Below, piece after piece: positions 31,917-41,306 of a stretch of DNA of 64,000 nucleotides. Numbering within the stretch: the first letter of the stretch is position 1; each line of letters starts with the position of its first letter. The DNA is from Candidatus Omnitrophota bacterium (GTDB lineage: Bacteria; Omnitrophota; Gorgyraeia; Zapsychrales; Zapsychraceae), in contig JANQMA010000050.1 of NCBI GenBank assembly GCA_028280285.1, positions 38,055 to 102,054 of the forward strand. Reading direction: 5' to 3'. A program made the position numbers and the translations under genes. The notes under the pieces are model-generated. The model worked only from the letters and a program-made list of their open reading frames with translations, made no database searches and was not told the origin of the DNA.

Positions 31917-32864
31917 ATGAACATTTTAGTTACAGGTGGGGCAGGGTATTTGGGTTCGGTGATTGTGCCCACCCTTTTAAGTGAAGGTCATCGTGTTATT
32001 GTTATCGACACGTTTATGTTTAATCAAACATCGCTTTTAGAATGTTGTATTGATGAAAAATTAACCGTTGTCCGTGACGATGCGAGTGATAAAAAGGTTA
32101 TAGAGAAATATATTAAAGGGGTCGATGCTATATTCCCATTAGCATGTCTGACCGGAGCACCATTGTGTGATAAAGAGCCGGAGCTTGCCAATAAAGTTAT
32201 CATTGACGGTTTGCAGCATATACTCGATTTGTGTGAAGATAGTCAAAAAATTATTTATCCAACAACAAACAGCGGTTATGGCGTTGGCGAAAAGGGTAAA
32301 TTTTGCACCGAAGAGACACCGCTTAGGCCGATTTCTCTTTATGGCAAGCTTAAGGTTAAAGCGGAAGAAATGGTGCTGGCTTCAGGACAAGGTATCACTT
32401 TGCGTCTGGCAACAGCCTTTGGCGTGTCTCCACGTCCGCGTCTTGATCTTTTGGTTAATGATTTTACTTACCAAGCCTACTTTACTCGTCATATAGAACT
32501 TTTCGAATCGCATTTTAAACGCAACTATATTCATGTGCGTGACATTGCCAAGGCCTTTATCCATATGTTAAATAATTTTGATCAACTGAAAGGCGAAGCG
32601 TACAATGTGGGCCTAAGTGATGCGAATTTAAGTAAATGGGAGCTGTGTGAAGAAATTCAAAAACAGATTCCGGATTTTACGTTTGATGAAAATCACGATG
32701 GGAAAGATCCTGATCAAAGAGATTATATTGTCAGCAACGATAAAATCGAGGCAACAGGATATCAACCAGACGTGTCTCTTGCTATGGGCATTGCCGAACT
32801 GATTAAAGCATTTCAGATTATTGAACAAGGCAGAAGCCGGGAAGTGCATTTTGCGAATATTTAA
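31917..32864 (+). CDS. NAD-dependent epimerase/dehydratase (SDR)
   Basis: TGGAGYLGS, YGKLK and R.DLLVN motifs. Confidence 0.88.
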   Translation: MNILVTGGAGYLGSVIVPTLLSEGHRVIVIDTFMFNQTSLLECCIDEKLTVVRDDASDKKVIEKYIKGVDAIFPLACLTGAPLCDKEPELANKVIIDGLQHILDLCEDSQKIIYPTTNSGYGVGEKGKFCTEETPLRPISLYGKLKVKAEEMVLASGQGITLRLATAFGVSPRPRLDLLVNDFTYQAYFTRHIELFESHFKRNYIHVRDIAKAFIHMLNNFDQLKGEAYNVGLSDANLSKWELCEEIQKQIPDFTFDENHDGKDPDQRDYIVSNDKIEATGYQPDVSLAMGIAELIKAFQIIEQGRSREVHFANI

Positions 32865-32894
32865 TAATTGAGAGGTAATTAAGTAAGAATTTTT

Positions 32895-32963
32895 TAAACA
32901 ATAAACGTTAAACATTAAACAAGTTTATTGCCGAACAGTTTAATGTTTACTGTTTAAAGTTTT
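32895..32963. repeat. Heptamer palindromic element (TAAACxx family)
   Basis: taaacaa/taaacgt/taaacat/taaacaa ... gtttaat/gtttact/gtttaaa. Confidence 0.8.
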
Positions 32964-33000
32964 AAACTACTTAATTTATATTGAATTGTGAAGGCAAGTT

Positions 33001-34515
33001 ATGAGTAATCAAATCGACATTTTATTTATTCACCCCAATGCGGCGAAGAAGATCTATCAGGATTTAAGCAAGAAGTTTTCGTCGATTGAACCTCCAATCT
33101 GGGCGGGGATGTTGACGTCCCATTGTCTTCATCATGGTTTTGCGGCAGAGATCCTCGACACGGATGCTGAGAATATGGACGCTGAGGAAACGGCTGAGGC
33201 GGTTAAACGGATGAATCCGCGTGTGGCGTGTTTTGTCGTCTATGGCCAACAGCCATCGGCCAGTTCTCAAAATATGACCGGTGCGGTGAGCATGGCCGAG
33301 GCCGTTAAGAATTTATGTCCGCAAGTGACTGTTCTTTTTGTTGGCGGTCATGTGAGCGCTCTACCGCAGGAGGTCATGGACCGGCATAGTTTTATCGATA
33401 TGGTGTGTCAAAACGAAGGCGTGTATACGATTTCGAATTTGCTTAAAACAAATCTTGTCGACAAACTCGATCAGGTTAAAGGCCTTGGATTCAGGCAGGA
33501 TGGGCAGATCGTTCTGAACGCTCCTTCACCGATTGTGGCTAAGCAGGATTTACCGACGGAACTCTCAGGAGTCTGCTGGGATAAGCTGCCGATGAACAAA
33601 TACCGAACATCACTTTGGCACGCCTATCCGAATAATTCTGAACAACAACCCTTTGCGGCGATTTACACTAGCCTTGGTTGTCCGATGCGATGCACATTTT
33701 GCATGATTAATATTATTAATCGTCAGGAAAATGAATATTCTGATGGGAGCGCCGTCTTTCGGTATTGGGATCCGGAGCATATCATTCGTGATTTCGATTA
33801 TTTTGCTGACCGCGGTATTAAAAATATCAAAATAGCTGATGAACTTTTTGTCCTCAATCAAAATCATTTTATGAAAATTTGTCAGCTGATTATTGAACGT
33901 GGGTATGACTTTAATATTTGGGCGTATTCGCGGATTGATACCGTGAAAGAAAAATATTTAGAGACGCTTAAAAAAGCCGGTGTCAATTGGCTTGCTTTGG
34001 GAATCGAAAGCGGCAATACGCGTGTGCGTAAGGATGTTACTAAAGGACGTTTTGAGGACGTCGATATTCGGGACATTGTCCAAAAAATTCGTGATCATGA
34101 TATCAATGTCATCGCCAATTATATTTTCGGTCTGCCTGAGGATGATATGGAGAGCATGCAAGGGACGCTTGATTTGGCCATGGAGATGAATACCGAAGAG
34201 GCCAATTTTTATTCGGCCATGGCCTATCCGGGAAGCCCGCTTTACGGACAGGCAAAAAAGGAAGGGTGGCAATTACCGGAAACATATTCAGGCTATTCCC
34301 AGCATTCCTATGATCAGCAACCTTTACCGACGAAATATTTAACCGCCGAGCAGGTGCTTGCCTTTCGCGATCAGGCCTGGATGAAATATCATACAGATCC
34401 AGCATTTCTTGATTTGATAAGAAAGAAATTTGGTCAGGTTGCGGTTGATCGCACGCTTGAATCAACGGAAATTAAATTAAAACGAAAAATCCTGGAGGAA
34501 ACAGCGATCTCATGA
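33001..34515 (+). CDS. Cobalamin-binding radical SAM enzyme
   Basis: N-terminal B12-binding domain (VGGH), SLGCPMRCTFC cluster motif, GIESG, IFGLP. Confidence 0.9.
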   Translation: MSNQIDILFIHPNAAKKIYQDLSKKFSSIEPPIWAGMLTSHCLHHGFAAEILDTDAENMDAEETAEAVKRMNPRVACFVVYGQQPSASSQNMTGAVSMAEAVKNLCPQVTVLFVGGHVSALPQEVMDRHSFIDMVCQNEGVYTISNLLKTNLVDKLDQVKGLGFRQDGQIVLNAPSPIVAKQDLPTELSGVCWDKLPMNKYRTSLWHAYPNNSEQQPFAAIYTSLGCPMRCTFCMINIINRQENEYSDGSAVFRYWDPEHIIRDFDYFADRGIKNIKIADELFVLNQNHFMKICQLIIERGYDFNIWAYSRIDTVKEKYLETLKKAGVNWLALGIESGNTRVRKDVTKGRFEDVDIRDIVQKIRDHDINVIANYIFGLPEDDMESMQGTLDLAMEMNTEEANFYSAMAYPGSPLYGQAKKEGWQLPETYSGYSQHSYDQQPLPTKYLTAEQVLAFRDQAWMKYHTDPAFLDLIRKKFGQVAVDRTLESTEIKLKRKILEETAIS

Positions 34516-35507
34516 TTATAAGCCGCACACCGTTTCGTATTTCATTTTTTGGAGGAGGGACAGACTATCCGACATGGTATGAAAAGCATGGAGGCGCTGT
34601 CCTGGCGACGACCATTAATAAATACTGTTATATCACGTGCCGTTATTTACCGCCGTTCTTTGATCACAAGTCACGGATTATCTATTCGAAAATGGAGCAT
34701 GTAACAAAACTGGGTGAGATTGACCATCCGGCGGTCCGTGAGGTCCTCAGGTTTCTTAAAATCAAAAAAGGTGTTGAAATCCATCACGATGGGGATTTAC
34801 CGGCGAGAACAGGTTTAGGGTCAAGTTCATCGTTTACCGTTGGGCTTCTTAATGCGATGTATGCACTGATTGGACAGATGCCCACCAAAGAACGCTTAGC
34901 CGACGAGGCGATTTATATTGAACAAAAAAAATGCAAAGAGTATGTCGGTTGCCAGGACCAGGCTCTGGCGGCCCACGGCGGGCTTAACTATATCCAATTC
35001 GGTGGCGTCGATCATTTATCTGTCCGTAAAATGACATTACCTAACGACAGGGTAAAAAATCTTGAGAAGCATATGATGCTTTATTTCACGGGATTTTCGC
35101 GTTTTGCCTCAAAGATCGCCGAACATCAGGTAAAAAATATATCTAACAAAAAAACCGATTTAACGGCTATGTACCAGATGACACAAGAAGCGATGAAACT
35201 GCTTAAAAAAGGTGACTTAAAAAGTTTCGGAAGACTGCTTGATGAGAGCTGGCAGATTAAACGGCAATTGTCAGATAAGGTAACAACGCCTGCCATTGAT
35301 CATATTTATAATACGGCGATTAAGGCTGGAGCGCTTGGCGGCAAGCTGCTCGGGGCTGGTGGCGGCGGGTTTATTTTGATTTATGCCGAGCCGTCTAAAC
35401 AAAAACAGATTCGTGAAAAGTTAAAAAAGTTTTTACTTGTTCCTTTTAAATTTGAACGATCAGGCAGCCAAATTATTGTCTATCAACCAAACGGCGAATA
35501 TGAGTAA
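34512..35507 (+). CDS. hddA: D-glycero-D-manno-heptose 7-phosphate kinase (GHMP)
   Basis: RTPFRISFFGGGTD, GLGSSS and GGKLLGAGGGGF motifs. Confidence 0.85.
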   Translation: MIISRTPFRISFFGGGTDYPTWYEKHGGAVLATTINKYCYITCRYLPPFFDHKSRIIYSKMEHVTKLGEIDHPAVREVLRFLKIKKGVEIHHDGDLPARTGLGSSSSFTVGLLNAMYALIGQMPTKERLADEAIYIEQKKCKEYVGCQDQALAAHGGLNYIQFGGVDHLSVRKMTLPNDRVKNLEKHMMLYFTGFSRFASKIAEHQVKNISNKKTDLTAMYQMTQEAMKLLKKGDLKSFGRLLDESWQIKRQLSDKVTTPAIDHIYNTAIKAGALGGKLLGAGGGGFILIYAEPSKQKQIREKLKKFLLVPFKFERSGSQIIVYQPNGEYE

Positions 35508-36213
35508 TGCCATGAACATCGAGGATTTGGACGTTGTTATTTTATGCGGAGGACTGGGGACACGACTGCGTCCGTCGATTGGCGAAGCGCAGAAAGTTAT
35601 GGCCGATGTGAATGGTAAACCATTTTTGGATTTTCATATCGAACATTTAAAGGGGCAAGGTGTTGAGCGCATTATTTTATGTACCGGTTATAAATCGGAA
35701 GAAGTTGAAAATTATTACCGAAGTCGAGACAATGACATCGCTATAGATTTTGCGCGGGAGTTTGAACCGCTGGGCACAGGTGGGGCGATTAAAAACGCCG
35801 AACCGCTTATTGAAAGTGATCCGTTTGTTGTGCTGAATGGCGATTCGTTTTGCGCATTTGATCTTAATGCTTTACTAAAGGAATATTTTAAAGAAGAGCG
35901 GTTGGCCTCGATTGTTGTCGGTTGTAAAAAAGATGTCAGTGATTATGGAACAGTTGAAGTGAATGGCGATGGATTAGTCACGGCTTTTAAGGAAAAAACT
36001 CAAACAAAACAAGAAGGTTTTGTGAATGCCGGTGTTTACTGTTTTTCAGGAGAAATATTTTTATCTTTTCCCGAGGGAGATAAGTTTTCTTTAGAACGGG
36101 ATGTTTTTCCGCAATTGACTCAAGCAAAAAATATTTCATCGGTTGTGATGGAAGAAGAATTTTTTGACATCGGCACACCGAAAAAATACAAAACATTCGT
36201 ATCAAATAGATAA
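35500..36213 (+). CDS. hddC: Heptose 1-phosphate guanylyltransferase-like nucleotidyltransferase
   Basis: CGGLGTRL, EPLGTGGA, LNGD and DIGTP motifs; follows hddA. Confidence 0.75.
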   Translation: MSNAMNIEDLDVVILCGGLGTRLRPSIGEAQKVMADVNGKPFLDFHIEHLKGQGVERIILCTGYKSEEVENYYRSRDNDIAIDFAREFEPLGTGGAIKNAEPLIESDPFVVLNGDSFCAFDLNALLKEYFKEERLASIVVGCKKDVSDYGTVEVNGDGLVTAFKEKTQTKQEGFVNAGVYCFSGEIFLSFPEGDKFSLERDVFPQLTQAKNISSVVMEEEFFDIGTPKKYKTFVSNR

Positions 36214-36222
36214 GGATTTTAA

Positions 36223-37395
36223 GTGACCATTGACAATCAAAAAAGTTCAACCCTTTCGGCTAAGGCGAAATTCAAGGTTCCTTTCGGAACGGTTTCTATT
36301 ACCGATAAAGCCAAGGAACTGATTAATGAGGCGTTGGCATCAAACTGGGTGACGCGCGGTAAATATACCGATGAGTTTGAAAAAAAGTTTGCCACACTCT
36401 TTGGTGCGAAGCATGGTGTATCGGTTTCAAGCGGGACCGACGCTGATACGATTGCCTGTGCGGTACTTTATGATTTTGGCGCCGAGCGTGGTGATGAGAT
36501 TATTGTCCCGGCATTAACCTTTGTTGCGACGGGGAATTCTGTTCTTGCCGCCGGGTTTAAGCCGGTCTTTGTTGATGTTAAGCGTGATACGCTTAACATT
36601 GATCCGGACAAAATCGAGGCGGCGATTACACCGAAAACACGTGCGATTATGCCGGTGCATTTGATGGGCAAGCCCGCAGATATGGATGCGATTATGGCGA
36701 TTGCCAAAAAACACAATCTCTATGTGATTGAAGACGCCGCCGAAGCCCATGGGGCCGAATATAAGGGCAAGGTTTGCGGATCGATTGGAGATATGGCTTG
36801 CTACAGTTTATATGCCGCGCACATTATAACAACCATTGAAGGCGGGATTATGATTACGAATAATGATCAAATGGCCAATGCCATGATTTCTCTGCGTAAT
36901 CATGGGATTGAAGGTAAGTTTCAATTTAAGCGGATCGGTTTTTCTGCCAAAATGAATGAGCTGGAAGCGGCCGTCGGCCTGGGGAATATTGAAATATACG
37001 ATCATATCTTAAATACCCGTCGACGTAATTTGCTGCACTTGATTGATATCTTTAAAAAGTATGATGACTATTTTATCTCCATTAGAGAAGAAACTCACGA
37101 GAAAATCGGTCCGCATGCGTTTTCGATTATTGTGCGTGAGACGACCGGATTCAGCAAAGATGAATTTGTTTCTTATTTAGAAGAAAAGGGGGTTGATTCA
37201 CGTAATCTCTTTTATTCGATTCCGACACAGACAGACAGTTATCGGTTTTTAGGGCATACATTAGGTGATTTTCCTGAAGCGGAGTTTTGTTCCGATAATG
37301 GTACACATATCGGGATTCATCAGGATTTGGATATAGAACAGTTAGACTATGTCGGGCAAGTGGTGGAGGAGTTTTTAAAGACTTATGCCAAATAA
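36223..37395 (+). CDS. DegT/DnrJ-fold PLP enzyme with His at the catalytic Lys position (ColD/E1-type dehydratase candidate)
   Basis: SSGT, EDAAEAHG and SLYAAHIITTIEGG motifs. Confidence 0.82.
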   Translation: MTIDNQKSSTLSAKAKFKVPFGTVSITDKAKELINEALASNWVTRGKYTDEFEKKFATLFGAKHGVSVSSGTDADTIACAVLYDFGAERGDEIIVPALTFVATGNSVLAAGFKPVFVDVKRDTLNIDPDKIEAAITPKTRAIMPVHLMGKPADMDAIMAIAKKHNLYVIEDAAEAHGAEYKGKVCGSIGDMACYSLYAAHIITTIEGGIMITNNDQMANAMISLRNHGIEGKFQFKRIGFSAKMNELEAAVGLGNIEIYDHILNTRRRNLLHLIDIFKKYDDYFISIREETHEKIGPHAFSIIVRETTGFSKDEFVSYLEEKGVDSRNLFYSIPTQTDSYRFLGHTLGDFPEAEFCSDNGTHIGIHQDLDIEQLDYVGQVVEEFLKTYAK

Positions 37396-38440
37396 ATCAA
37401 ATCATTATGCCGTTATTCTCGCCGGAGGTTCCGGCACGCGCTTCTGGCCGATGAGCCGTGCGTCCTATCCTAAACAATTCCTTAAAATTGTCGGCAATAC
37501 CAGCTTACTGCAGCAAACAGTGGCCCGTATTATCTCAACGATCAAACCGCGTAATATTTATATTGTAACGAATAAAAAGCAGGCCAAAGATGTCGCGACT
37601 CAACTGAAAGGCAGTGGCGTTCCCAAGGCTAACATTATGTGCGAGCCTGAAGGGAAAAACACGGCACCGGCGGTTCTTTGGGCGTGCACAACGATTTATC
37701 GTAAGAATAAGAATGCGATTTTTGCCATTTTGCCGTCGGATCATTTAATCACTAAGAAAAAGGATTTTATCAAGTGTCTTAAAAGCGCTTATCAATTGGC
37801 CGATCAAGATTATTTGGTTACCTTTGGGATTAAACCGACACGGCCGGATACAGGGTTCGGCTATTTAAAGACACGTAAAATCAAAGGCGATGTCTATAAA
37901 GTAGAGCGTTTTACCGAAAAGCCTTCAGCGAAAATTGCCACGCGCTATGTGCAATCGAAAAATTATTTTTGGAATTCAGGTATGTTTGTCTGGAAATGCG
38001 CAACACTTATGGCCAAATATAAAAAACATGCGCGCAAAATTTATAATCTGATTGGCGAAAATAATTCCGATCAGGCGATCAAACGCAACTGGAAGAAGTT
38101 GCCGAACATCTCCGTCGACTACGCGATTTTAGAAAAAGATAAAGATGTCGTTGCTGTTGCCGCACGCGACATCGGCTGGTCGGATTTGGGAAGCTGGGAT
38201 TCTTTGTGTGAAGCACTCGGCGCAGATAAAAACGAAAATATCATTCAAGGGGATGTGTTAATACATAACAGCCAAAACAACTATGTGAGCAGCTCTAAAA
38301 AACTTATCGCCTTAAGTGATGTTGATGATTTAATTGTGGTTGATTGTGACGATGCGCTTTTAATATGTAGGAAAGACGCTTCGCAGAATGTTAAAGTGAT
38401 CGTTGAGAAGTTAAAGAAGGATAAGCGAAAGGAGATATGA
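37385..38440 (+). CDS. manC: Mannose-1-phosphate guanylyltransferase
   Basis: LAGGSGTRFWP.SR..PKQF, EP.GKNTA, WNSGMF and WSDLGSW motifs. Confidence 0.92.
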   Translation: MPNKSNHYAVILAGGSGTRFWPMSRASYPKQFLKIVGNTSLLQQTVARIISTIKPRNIYIVTNKKQAKDVATQLKGSGVPKANIMCEPEGKNTAPAVLWACTTIYRKNKNAIFAILPSDHLITKKKDFIKCLKSAYQLADQDYLVTFGIKPTRPDTGFGYLKTRKIKGDVYKVERFTEKPSAKIATRYVQSKNYFWNSGMFVWKCATLMAKYKKHARKIYNLIGENNSDQAIKRNWKKLPNISVDYAILEKDKDVVAVAARDIGWSDLGSWDSLCEALGADKNENIIQGDVLIHNSQNNYVSSSKKLIALSDVDDLIVVDCDDALLICRKDASQNVKVIVEKLKKDKRKEI

Positions 38441-39537
38441 ATTTTCTTAAGTCCCCTCCCAAACGTATCCTCATCATCAACACCTTCGGTATCGGAGATG
38501 TTTTATTTACAACCCCATTTATAACGAATCTCAAAAAAGTTTATCCTAATGCACAAATTGACTATGTCGCCAACCGCCGCACGAAAACGGTGCTGCATAA
38601 CAATCCGCACATTACGCATGTTTATGTCTACGAACGTGATGAATATAAAGCTGTTTTAGAAAAGTCGTGGTTTGCTTATCTCAAAAAAGTGATATCTTTT
38701 TTAAGTGAAATCCGCCGTGCTAAGTACGACCTTCTGTTTGATTTTTCGCTTAATACTTCTATTGGATTTATGGCTCTGCTAACCGGTGTGCCGCACAGGG
38801 TTGGTTTTAATTTTAAAAATAGGGGAAAATTTTTAAATCATACTGTCAAGCTTGATGAGAATGGTTATTATCAAAAGCATATGGTCGGATATTATATGGA
38901 CTTATTGAGACGTTTTGGATCTAAAACTAATTATGAGCCAATGCGACTTTATTTGGCGGCTGAAGATACAGCTTTTGCCGAACATTTTTGGGAAGAAAAT
39001 GGACTAAAACCGGATGATCTGGTGATCGGCATTGTGCCGGGCGGTGGGGCCAGTTGGGGGCGCGATGCCCACCTAAAACGCTGGTCGGCCGAAAAATATG
39101 CCAAATTAGCTGATAATTTAATTGAAAAACACCGGGCGGTCATTATACTAATGGGTGATAAGACCGAAGAGGTTTTATGTCGAGAAGTTGCCGATTTAAT
39201 GGGCCACACACCGATTTCAGCCTGTGGCAAAACCAACATACATCAATTTGGCGCGCTTGCGCAAAAATGCCAGTTAGTGGTGCTTAATGACGGCGGACCG
39301 CTGCATATGGCTGTGGCTTCGGGCGCCCGGACTGTTTCCATTTTCGGTCCTGTGGATGATAAGGTTTATGGTCCTTATCCGCGCAAAGGGCACAGTGTGG
39401 TGCGTAAAAAGCTTGATGACGTGACTATTTACACAGGCTTTCGTCTTAAAGAGGGTTCGGCCCCAAGCAGTTTGGCGCAGACAAACGTAGATGAGGTTTA
39501 TAAGCAGATTGAGCAAGCTTTAATAGATAAGCGATAA
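38437..39537 (+). CDS. GT9 heptosyltransferase-like glycosyltransferase
   Basis: GIGDVL.TTP, KRW, NDGGPLHMA and FGP motifs. Confidence 0.88.
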   Translation: MNFLKSPPKRILIINTFGIGDVLFTTPFITNLKKVYPNAQIDYVANRRTKTVLHNNPHITHVYVYERDEYKAVLEKSWFAYLKKVISFLSEIRRAKYDLLFDFSLNTSIGFMALLTGVPHRVGFNFKNRGKFLNHTVKLDENGYYQKHMVGYYMDLLRRFGSKTNYEPMRLYLAAEDTAFAEHFWEENGLKPDDLVIGIVPGGGASWGRDAHLKRWSAEKYAKLADNLIEKHRAVIILMGDKTEEVLCREVADLMGHTPISACGKTNIHQFGALAQKCQLVVLNDGGPLHMAVASGARTVSIFGPVDDKVYGPYPRKGHSVVRKKLDDVTIYTGFRLKEGSAPSSLAQTNVDEVYKQIEQALIDKR

Positions 39538-39541
39538 CAAA

Positions 39542-39605
39542 AGGTACTAGGTTTTAGGTGTTGGGTGTTAGTCGGCTAAAACCCAAAACCTCACACCTAA
39601 TACCT
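39542..39605. repeat. Heptamer palindromic element (AGGTxTT family)
   Basis: aggtact/aggtttt/aggtgtt/gggtgtt ... ctaaaacccaaaacct, shared with the element at 7860. Confidence 0.85.
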
Positions 39606-39626
39606 CGAATTATAAAGAGAAAAAAC

Positions 39627-40421
39627 ATGAGTATTGTGTCAGTATCAGCTGTGATTATCACAAAAAATGAAGAAGACAATATTGCAATGTGTTTGGACAG
39701 CCTTAAAGGCTGGGCCAATGAGATTATTATTGTCGATGATGAGAGTACGGATAAAACCGTCGAACTTGCTTATAAATATACAGACCGTATTTTTCACCGC
39801 AAGATGGATATAGAAGGTAAGCATCGTAACTGGGCTTATGCCCAGGCGAAAAATGAATGGGTGATTAGTTTAGACGCGGATGAATATGTAACCGAAGAAT
39901 TGAAACAAGAAATCAATGAAGCGCTGGTTGACACAACACATAGCGCGTTTTCTATTCCTCTTAGAAACTTTATCGGTTCTTATCAAGTGCGTTATTCCGG
40001 TTGGTATCCGGCAGGGAAAGTGCGGCTCTTTAAAAAAAGTGTTTTTCGTTATGAAGAAGTTAAAGTTCATCCACGGGCTTTTCTCGACGATAACGGGACC
40101 AACGGGCATTTGACCAAAGATATTGTGCATAAGGGTTATCCTGATATTGAACATTTTCTTGGAAGCCTTAATCGCCAGACGACCTGGGAGGCACAGAAGT
40201 GGATCGAGACAAACCGTAAGGTAACCTTCGGTAAAATTTTGTGGCGCACATTTGATCGGTTTCCGCGTACATATTTCCGTAAAAAAGGGCATAAGGACGG
40301 ATTTTTCGGATTTATCATTGCTTTTTTTGCGTCGCTCTATCAGATTATGAGTTATATGAAATACCGGCACATGTTGTATGAACAAAAAATCGCCAATGGC
40401 GACAAGAATCCTAAAATATAG
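39627..40421 (+). CDS. GT2 glycosyltransferase (LPS core type)
   Basis: ITKNEE, VDDESTD and LDADE motifs. Confidence 0.9.
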   Translation: MSIVSVSAVIITKNEEDNIAMCLDSLKGWANEIIIVDDESTDKTVELAYKYTDRIFHRKMDIEGKHRNWAYAQAKNEWVISLDADEYVTEELKQEINEALVDTTHSAFSIPLRNFIGSYQVRYSGWYPAGKVRLFKKSVFRYEEVKVHPRAFLDDNGTNGHLTKDIVHKGYPDIEHFLGSLNRQTTWEAQKWIETNRKVTFGKILWRTFDRFPRTYFRKKGHKDGFFGFIIAFFASLYQIMSYMKYRHMLYEQKIANGDKNPKI

Positions 40422-41104
40422 TGGTAAAAGATAAAAAATTAAAAATCGTATTTCTTGACCGCGATGGGGTGATTAATGAATTTCCCGGAAACGGACGTTA
40501 CGTAACGAAAGTTAAGGATTTTCATTTTATACCGGGTTCACTTGATGCCATCCGTCAGTTAACGGAAGAAGGCTACACATTGTTTGTCATATCCAATCAA
40601 GCTGGTGTTGGGAAGGGATTATTTACGCAGAAGAAGCTTGAACAGATTACAAAGAAAATGCTCGAAGGTATTAAAAAAGCGGGGGGTAAGATCAGAAAAG
40701 TTTATTATGCAACGGCCCGCTCGGATGAAGGGTCGCCCGACCGCAAGCCGGGGATCGGGCTTATTAAAAAAGCGATGAAGCTACTTGGCAAAGACATGCG
40801 TTTAGCTCGTCAAGCGTACTTTGTTGGCGATACGGAATCCGATATTCAAGCCGGAAAAAACGCGAATATGAAAACAATCTTTGTTTTGTCAGGGCGTGAA
40901 GATTGTGTATATATGCGCCGTTGGGATGACGTAGTGCCTGATTATATTTTTAAAAACTTACTTGAAGCAACCAAGCTTATTACCGGCAAAGGCGGCGAAC
41001 CGCATATCATAAAACCATATTCCAAGTTGGCCAAACGCAAGACCAATAGGGTCCGGCGTAAAGAAGGGATTCATTACCGTCGGCGCTATTCGGACCGATT
41101 CTGA
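40421..41104 (+). CDS. gmhB: Heptose 1,7-bisphosphate phosphatase (HAD)
   Basis: FLDRDGVIN, SNQAG, RKP and VGD..SD motifs. Confidence 0.85.
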   Translation: MVKDKKLKIVFLDRDGVINEFPGNGRYVTKVKDFHFIPGSLDAIRQLTEEGYTLFVISNQAGVGKGLFTQKKLEQITKKMLEGIKKAGGKIRKVYYATARSDEGSPDRKPGIGLIKKAMKLLGKDMRLARQAYFVGDTESDIQAGKNANMKTIFVLSGREDCVYMRRWDDVVPDYIFKNLLEATKLITGKGGEPHIIKPYSKLAKRKTNRVRRKEGIHYRRRYSDRF

Positions 41105-41108
41105 TTGA

Positions 41109-41280
41109 ATTGTTTGGTATGATATTGATGTTGGAAGAAGTTTTAAGAGGTTTAAAGATGTTGAAAAATGTCAAAATGTTATATAAAGTTTCAAGAGGTT
41201 GTATTATTAACATTCTGTAACATTTAGAAACTTCTAACGTCTTCCAACCTATTTGAACCTTTTTAAACTTTTTTTAACCT
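41109..41280. repeat. Degenerate palindromic element with ~9-nt periodicity
   Basis: Recurrent (a)tgtt/aggtt units on the left arm and aacat/aacct/aactt units on the right arm. Confidence 0.6.
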
Positions 41281-41306
41281 TTGATACGATAAGGCCAATC
41301 AATATT

